22,292 nucleotides of DNA from Pedosphaera sp. Its GTDB lineage: Bacteria; Verrucomicrobiota; Verrucomicrobiia; Limisphaerales; SIBH01. This document shows positions 17,201-22,292 of this stretch, in pieces; position 1 is the first letter of the stretch, and each line of letters begins with the position of its first letter. Under the pieces are notes generated by a model that saw only the letters and a list, made by a program, of their open reading frames with translations, was not told where the DNA came from and did not search any database. Location of the stretch: the NCBI GenBank assembly GCA_031414955.1, contig JANOQV010000219.1, positions 1-22,292 of the forward strand, given 5' to 3'. The translations under genes were made by a program, and so were the position numbers.

Positions 17201-17439
17201 ATTGCTCGCACGTCGTCTTCGCTCCCGATGACCGCCACGCCTGGATGCGCCTGAACCGCGTCGCCGGCCTCTACCATCTCGACACGCTCCAGCCGGTCCT
17301 CCAACTGCCCGGCGACACCGCGCCGCTGGCCCTCAGTTCCGATGGGCGTCATCTCGCGGTGAGCGTGGAAGGGCGGAGGTTGCAGGTGTGGGATTTGTTC
17401 AAGCTGCGGGATCAATTGCGCGAGTTGGGGATGGATTGA
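14251..17439 (+). CDS. Hanks-type Ser/Thr protein kinase with TM segment and C-terminal WD40 beta-propeller repeats
   Basis: IGRGAYGEVW, AVKVV, HRDVKPGN, LADIGL, GTEGFIPPE, DIYSLG; TM FAIAACLFLAVAAVALWF; repeated FSPDG/WHPDG...WD motifs. Confidence 0.95.
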   Translation: MSTPLEEKLPDPGTATAESERSMRAAVEFKLGGTAEPRPAPPVIPDHTLLRRIGRGAYGEVWLARSTLGTLRAVKVVHRADFEDEHPYEREFRGILKYEPISRTHEGLVQVLHVGRNDAAGCFYYVMELADGVKGKVISESVIGKSVGTHPRGPTGSLNTDSLITDYFPKTLRSELKQRQRLAPADAAQLTLRLASALAHLHAHGLVHRDVKPGNVIFVNGQPKLADIGLVAGAGDSRSFVGTEGFIPPEGPGTAQADIYSLGKLLYELATGRDRLDFPQLPPLGVEGSEPRAARPVGDATTNDELRSQRERSHLDDALLELNEVMTRACAPDLQQRYASAPEMQAELNLFLAGRSLRHSRNVERNLARLKKFAIAACLFLAVAAVALWFSKREEHHARERANAETTLRLRAETAEHEARQQLYTALLEQSRATVRSGAIGQRVRSLDAVRRAASISNTIELRREAVAALALPDVRFEREWFGGSDVTAVQFDSDFQRLAVSRGTNAVEIRAVADFRVLATLPASRIGACLRIAWSAGGRYLAVRRDHAADGERADVEVWELTATNRVLLLRDVPRGTLGFHPTLPRLVTATRDGPILVRDLESGKELALFGVNGVPDALEFSPDGKRIAASYPSGGAWMISVHDAESGDVRASVRFANRIPNLAWHPDGPWLAVPDYGGNVHLVDARTGAFSVLGRHKAAAYTVVFSPDGRFLISGGWDRELICWDVFTRQRSFTLPVESWNLRFRANGQHCAVVGNGRVQFFAFESPSSHREFGIALGANVNHAAFSPDGCWLAASGDRRLGLWNLTNESSPALAGEAADARPFFTPDSKELFGSSREDAGFRWRIAAGDDALVRLERMPLSKPADYTALCLASNRVVWTLRQGSRLLALDEVPDDDDWMHTLSGVSRASPRGEWLAVFRPFTPSLRVYRLPELVDAAKFTALANISAASFSSSGREVVTVARNTAEFWDIASGQRTRVLSNCSHVVFAPDDRHAWMRLNRVAGLYHLDTLQPVLQLPGDTAPLALSSDGRHLAVSVEGRRLQVWDLFKLRDQLRELGMD
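14653..14757. repeat. Intragenic 105-bp palindromic element built from GTAATCA/GTGAATCA units
   Basis: GGGAAAGTAATCAGT 14653-14667 is the exact reverse complement of ACTGATTACTTTCCC 14743-14757. Arms continue as 7/8-nt repeats; exactly 35 codons, codon-aligned. Confidence 0.88.
15110..15195. repeat. Intragenic GTAG/GTGG-tagged REP doublet in the kinase domain
   Basis: AAGGTAG-TGA-GCCTCGC-GCT-GCGAGGC (15110-15136); on the opposite strand AAGGTGG-C-TTCGCTCGC-GCT-GCGAGCGAA (15195-15167). Confidence 0.75.
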
Positions 17440-17503
17440 ACGAGCCGGCCGTTCCATTGCCGTCCCTCCCAAACCGGGCGGACGAAAAATTCTTTCCACC
17501 CGG

Positions 17504-17533
17504 TGCAAGATTTCGGCCCGACCAGCGAACTCA
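17504..17533 (+). promoter_or_regulatory. Candidate ECF-dependent promoter, copy 2 (PATR exoprotein)
   Basis: TGCAAGATT-N12-GCGAACTCA ending 10 nt before ATG 17544, preceded by the AT-rich tract GAAAAATTCTTT. Confidence 0.65.
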
Positions 17534-17543
17534 GAGCCGAACG

Positions 17544-20500
17544 ATGAAAACTGCTTTGGCAAATCTTGGCCCGTGGCGTCCGACTAAAGGATGGAGCACG
17601 GGCCTGCTGGTCTGGCTTCTATGGCTTGGCGCGGTGACAGCGGGACAGGGAGCCTACCCCCGATGGACCGGGGCCGTGAACGGTTACTGGAGTGAACCGA
17701 ACAATTGGGATCCCGCTGTCGTGCCCGCGAACGGTGATGGGATCTTTTTCTCCAAGCCGGACGCGCAGCATCACACGACGACGAATGATTTGGTGAACTT
17801 GAGCCTGCGCGGGTTAAATTTTGGCAAGTTTGAATTCGAGGATGAGGAAAATCATCACAACTACCAAGTTTATGGCAACTCCCTGCGACTGACGGGCGGA
17901 CTGACGGACGATGGGCGTCTGAGGTCGCACCCGGACGGCGACAACGAGGTCACGATCCATTGCCCGCTGGTGTTTCAGGATGGCGGAGAGGTTGACGTAT
18001 TTCCACATTTCGGCCTTATCTTTGGCTCGACGGCCAGTCTGCGCCTGAACGGTCCCATTACTGTTGAAGACGGCCTCCTCACACTGTCGGCGAGCGGGCC
18101 TGCCAGTCCGGGCGTGGCTAACAATGTGGGGCATATTTTCTCCCACGGCGCGATTTCTGGTTCCGGCAGCGTGCGCGCCGAGACCTATGAGGAAGGTTTC
18201 GTTCACTTCATCGGTCCGCTCAACAACACCTTCACCGGGGGCCTCTTCCTGGACACGCCGGAGGGCGGGCGCGTCATCTTTGAAAAGACGGCGGGCTTCG
18301 TCGTGACGAACCTGTTGGAGGTTTCACAAGGGGCGACGGGCCGCGTTGAGGTGGTCAACCCAAACCAAGTAGGCCCCGCCACGGTTCTCCGCGTGACCAG
18401 CCGTTCCCGCTTCGAACTAACCGGCGGCACGTTGAACATCGGGAGTCTGGTCATCAGCAATCAAACCTTCGGATCGTTCGTGCCCGTGGTGGACACGGGC
18501 AGTGCGACGCTCGGACTGCTCGGCTCGATTTCCACCAGCGTGCGCACCAACAGCCAGGCGCCCATCATTCGGGGACTGCTTAACCTCACGGCGGGCGATC
18601 ACTTGTTCAATGTCTCGGCACCGCAGTACGAAGGGCTGAACATCGAGGCGCAGATCATCGGGCCGGGCGGTTTCACCAAAACCGGCAATGCGGCGCTGCT
18701 GCTCCAAGGCAACAACAGTTTCCTCGGCTCGGTGAAGGTGAACGCGGGTGTGCTGGACGTGCGTCACGCCCAGGCCCTTGGTGGCACTGGCGGCGGCACC
18801 GAGATTTTCGAGGGAAATCTGACGCTGCGAAATGTGGTGATCGGCGCGGAGCCGCTCCTGGCCTCGGGGGGCGCGGAAGGTGAGTTTCCCGGCTCCGCGC
18901 TCACCAGCATCGGACTTTCTTCCTGGGCGGGGACCGTGGTGCTGAACACCAACCTCGTCGTGAATGGCGACATGACTTTCACCGGGCCGATTTCCGGTTC
19001 CGGCGGCGTGGGGTGTTTCGGCGGCGGCACGATTCGTCTCGGTGGGGCGCAGGCCAACACCTACACCGGCACCACGCTGGTGCGCTGTCCGCTCGTCGAG
19101 TTCACCAAACCGCACGCCGTGAACGCCTTCTCCGGCCCGCTGATCGTTGGCAATCTGTCGGGCGGACCTTCCGAGGCACGATGGACCAATTCCTACCAGA
19201 GCGCCGGGACGTTGCTCACGCTTTACGCCAATGGCCTCGTCAACTTGAACAACACCACCGAACGGTTCGGCTCCATCACTTTCCACGGCGGGCAGATTGA
19301 CAGCGGGCAATTTGGAATATGCGTGCTCGGCAACCCTGTCCTCACCAACGCGAGTTATCTCACCGTCCACGCCGCCAGCACTCCGGCCATCATTAACGGC
19401 TTCCTCCAGCCTGCGGGCGGGGCCGCTTGGATCACGGTTTCCAATGGCGTCGCTGATCCTGACCTCGTGATCAATGCGGGCGTGGTGGGGAACGCGCCGC
19501 AACTCATCAAGCAAGGCGCGGGAACGATGCGGCTGGCCGGCGCGGGCAACTACACCGGCGTCACTATTGTGAACGAGGGCACGCTGGAGGTCGCCCACAA
19601 CGCCGCGCTCGGCAGCGCGAGTTTCGGGACGATTGTCAACGAAGCCGCCACCCTTCGGCTCAACACCTTCAATCCCGTGCCGGAGGGTTTTGCGCTGTTC
19701 GGCACGGGCTTCGACGGGACCAACGGCGTTCTTCACGCCACCGGCAACACCACCCTGACCGGAGGGATATTTCTCAACGGTCCGTCCACGATCCACGTCG
19801 CACCGGGCGCGCTGCTGGCCGTGGACAACATCATCTGCGGCGCCGGCCCGCTGACCAAAACCGGGACGGGCAATTTCTATTTGGGCGGTGTCTCCGGCGG
19901 CACGGGGCACAACACCTACTCCGGCGACACCGTGGTCAGCGCGGGCCTACTTTATCTCTCGAAGAACCAGGGCGTGAGAGCGGTCCCCGGCAACCTGATC
20001 ATTGGCAACGGAGCCACGGGGCCGGCCACCGCGCGCTTCAATCGCAGCGGAATGATGAATGCCTCCGCCATCATCACCGTGAATGCCAACGGCCTGCTCG
20101 ACTTGAACGGCAACAACCAGACGCTGCCCCGGTTGAACCTCAACGACGGCGGCGACGTGCAGACCGGCGCGGGCACGCTCAGTTTCACGGCGGGCGGCGT
20201 GGTGTCTGTGGGCACGCTGAACGCGCCGCAGGTCGGGCTGCGCAGCGGCGCTTCGATCAGCGGGAAAATTGCTCTGCCCATTCTGGATTACCTGACCTTC
20301 GAGGTCGCACCTTATGGAGCCGCGCCTTTTCCGGGCGAGGGACCAGAGCTAAATGTTTCCGCCGTGATTCGGGACGCCGGCAACATCACCAAAACCGGCG
20401 CGGGCGCGCTGCGGCTGGGCGGGGCCAACACTTTCAACGATGCGCCGCCCAATTTCTCCGGCGATGTCGTCGTGAACGGAGGGACGCTGATCGCCGCCCA

Positions 20501-21989
20501 CGCCACCGCGCTCGGCGGCACCGCCGGTTGGACCTTCGTGAACAACAGCGCCTCGCTGGCCTTGCTCGAAGGCATTACGATCACCGGAGAAAACCTTTAC
20601 CTCAACAGCGATCATCCGCGCGCGCTCGACAACATCGCGGGCGACAACACCTGGACCGGTCCCATCAGTCTCACGCGCGATACCACCGTGGCCTCCAGTC
20701 TCGACTGGTCGCTCACGACGTCCGGCGTCATCGGCGGCGCGGGCCGTCTGACTAAAGTGGGCGCGGGCGTGCTCTGGCTGTCGGGCACCGCGAACAACAG
20801 TCATGCGGGCGACACCTTGGTTGACGAAGGATGGCTGGGGCTTGCCAAATCCGCGTTCGTGCGAGCCGTGCCGCAGAACCTGATCATTGGTCGCCCGGCG
20901 GGCGGAGCCTTTGCGGCGGCGCTCCACGTCAGCACGGATCAGATTTGGGGCCAGGTGACGGTGAACCCGGGCGGTGGACTGAACCTGAACGGCTATCAGG
21001 AATACATTGGCAACCTGACCTTGAATGGCGGCGGCGATGTGTTCACCGGCAACGGCACGCTGCATCTGACGACGGTGGCGGTCAATCCGGGAGCCTTCGC
21101 CAATCAGTCACTGATCTCCGGGCGGCTCGGGCTGAATGCGAGTTCCGTTCCCATCAACGTCGGCACGGGAACGATGGCTGGTGGCGCGGCCCATTGCTTG
21201 ATCACCACGTCCATCGTTCAGAGTGCGGGCACCTCCGTGCTTCATAAAACCGGCGGAGGCACCTTGCAGTTGACCGGCACCAACACCTACACCGGCGTCA
21301 CGTACGTGGGCAGCGGCGCGCTCCAAGTGGACGGGGTGCAACCGCAGAGCGCCGTGGAACTGGACCACGACACGCGCCTGCAAGGTGCCGGCACGGTGGG
21401 GCACATCCTTTTCAATGGCACCACCGCCATTGCCCCCGGAGCCAGTGCCGGAACTCTCACATGCAGCAATTTCGACGCGAGCGGTGGCGCAGGAAATCTG
21501 GAAGTCGAACTGAACGGCCATCCCACTGGTTACGACCAGATCGTTGCGCGCGGTCTTGTGGATCTGCGCGGGCTGGCCTTGCAGGCGTCGCTGAATTTTC
21601 TTTCGACCACGGGCCAGCAGTTCACGCTCATCCACAACGACGGAGCCGATGCCGTCACCGGCACGTTCACCGGCCTGCCGCAGAACGCGGCGCTCAGTAT
21701 CAACAGCGAGTCGTTTCAGATCAGCTACACCGGCGGCACCGGCAACGACGTGGTGCTGACTCGAATGCTGACTCCGCCGCGTCCCAAGCTGGAGATGGAG
21801 CGTATCCCGCCCGCCTCGGTGCGGCTCAAGTGGCCGACGAACTTCACCGGCTACACCCTCCAGTTCAGCACCAACCTGAGCGCCACGAACTGGTCCACGG
21901 CGACTCCGCCGCCCGTCATCACCGGCACCAATCGTGTGGTCACGAACGCGACGGCCAACAGCCCGAAGTTTTATCGGTTGCTGCAATGA
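17544..21989 (+). CDS. Large secreted autotransporter-associated beta-strand (PATR) repeat protein, no beta-barrel, C-terminal 'FYR' domain (1481 aa)
   Basis: Signal peptide; WTGAVNGYWSEPNNW; seven clear K.G.G.L.L.G.NTY.G.T.V..G.L-type repeats plus one degenerate; cap region GTFTGLP..ISYTGGTGNDVVLT; ends LKWPTNFTGYTLQFSTNL..NW..KFYRLLQ. Confidence 0.9.
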   Translation: MKTALANLGPWRPTKGWSTGLLVWLLWLGAVTAGQGAYPRWTGAVNGYWSEPNNWDPAVVPANGDGIFFSKPDAQHHTTTNDLVNLSLRGLNFGKFEFEDEENHHNYQVYGNSLRLTGGLTDDGRLRSHPDGDNEVTIHCPLVFQDGGEVDVFPHFGLIFGSTASLRLNGPITVEDGLLTLSASGPASPGVANNVGHIFSHGAISGSGSVRAETYEEGFVHFIGPLNNTFTGGLFLDTPEGGRVIFEKTAGFVVTNLLEVSQGATGRVEVVNPNQVGPATVLRVTSRSRFELTGGTLNIGSLVISNQTFGSFVPVVDTGSATLGLLGSISTSVRTNSQAPIIRGLLNLTAGDHLFNVSAPQYEGLNIEAQIIGPGGFTKTGNAALLLQGNNSFLGSVKVNAGVLDVRHAQALGGTGGGTEIFEGNLTLRNVVIGAEPLLASGGAEGEFPGSALTSIGLSSWAGTVVLNTNLVVNGDMTFTGPISGSGGVGCFGGGTIRLGGAQANTYTGTTLVRCPLVEFTKPHAVNAFSGPLIVGNLSGGPSEARWTNSYQSAGTLLTLYANGLVNLNNTTERFGSITFHGGQIDSGQFGICVLGNPVLTNASYLTVHAASTPAIINGFLQPAGGAAWITVSNGVADPDLVINAGVVGNAPQLIKQGAGTMRLAGAGNYTGVTIVNEGTLEVAHNAALGSASFGTIVNEAATLRLNTFNPVPEGFALFGTGFDGTNGVLHATGNTTLTGGIFLNGPSTIHVAPGALLAVDNIICGAGPLTKTGTGNFYLGGVSGGTGHNTYSGDTVVSAGLLYLSKNQGVRAVPGNLIIGNGATGPATARFNRSGMMNASAIITVNANGLLDLNGNNQTLPRLNLNDGGDVQTGAGTLSFTAGGVVSVGTLNAPQVGLRSGASISGKIALPILDYLTFEVAPYGAAPFPGEGPELNVSAVIRDAGNITKTGAGALRLGGANTFNDAPPNFSGDVVVNGGTLIAAHATALGGTAGWTFVNNSASLALLEGITITGENLYLNSDHPRALDNIAGDNTWTGPISLTRDTTVASSLDWSLTTSGVIGGAGRLTKVGAGVLWLSGTANNSHAGDTLVDEGWLGLAKSAFVRAVPQNLIIGRPAGGAFAAALHVSTDQIWGQVTVNPGGGLNLNGYQEYIGNLTLNGGGDVFTGNGTLHLTTVAVNPGAFANQSLISGRLGLNASSVPINVGTGTMAGGAAHCLITTSIVQSAGTSVLHKTGGGTLQLTGTNTYTGVTYVGSGALQVDGVQPQSAVELDHDTRLQGAGTVGHILFNGTTAIAPGASAGTLTCSNFDASGGAGNLEVELNGHPTGYDQIVARGLVDLRGLALQASLNFLSTTGQQFTLIHNDGADAVTGTFTGLPQNAALSINSESFQISYTGGTGNDVVLTRMLTPPRPKLEMERIPPASVRLKWPTNFTGYTLQFSTNLSATNWSTATPPPVITGTNRVVTNATANSPKFYRLLQ

Positions 21990-22204
21990 TGTCCTCTGTC
22001 TGCCTACGCCTTCCGCGTCGGCCGACTTGGGGCTGGCGGTTTCCAGGTGCGCTCAGGCCGGATCCGGCCAAGCGGCGGGCGGCGGGTGGTGCCGTCGGCG
22101 ACCGATTGGTGGCGGCATCGCAAGAGTTGAAGCTTCGGCCCTGAGACGGGGAAATCTCAGAGCCTGTCTGAAAAAGCGTTTGGGCGGCGCAGGCCACTGG
22201 CCCC

Positions 22205-22292
22205 GGAGTGCGCCCGTCCCCGGGCGCAGCCAAGTGGCCAAGGCGGCCGGTGTGGATTTTTCCAACGCGCTCGGCCTCATCACCTTGCTGCG
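22205..22292. repeat. GGAG-tagged REP, with the start of its inverted partner at the window edge
   Basis: GGAG-TGCGCCCG-TCCC-CGGGCGCA (22205-22228); reverse complement of 22281-22292 (CGCAGCAAGGTG) matches 22225-22236 (CGCAGCCAAGTG) at 10/12. Confidence 0.7.

Overview
High-GC bacterial window whose gene content points to Verrucomicrobiota, probably subdivision 3 (inference from the PSCyt/PSD1 protein, the PATR-repeat protein with a C-terminal 'FYR' domain, and TN-rich exported proteins). Minus strand: a membrane-anchored protein with a GspG-like C-terminus, interrupted by one in-frame TAG (4502-2922); a PSCyt1/DUF1549/DUF1553 protein (2858-246); and a translationally coupled membrane protein running off the window start. 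Plus strand: serine hydrolase, Tat-signal intradiol dioxygenase-like protein, rhomboid protease, Calx-beta secreted protein, xylB, PagL-like beta-barrel, second serine hydrolase, then ECF sigma factor / Ser-Thr kinase-TM-WD40 / 1481-aa PATR-repeat exoprotein. Three main signals: (1) several distinct palindromic REP/REPIN-like and 7-8-nt-repeat elements, four or five of which lie in frame inside protein genes and add about 12-35-aa peptides; (2) an identically spaced bipartite motif TG(A/C)AAGATT-N12-GCGAACTCA just upstream of both the kinase and the exoprotein, a candidate promoter for the adjacent ECF; (3) a structured 95-nt three-way-junction element before the second serine hydrolase. No rRNA, tRNA, CRISPR array or transposase was recognised. 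All family calls are from motif recognition by eye, not database searches.
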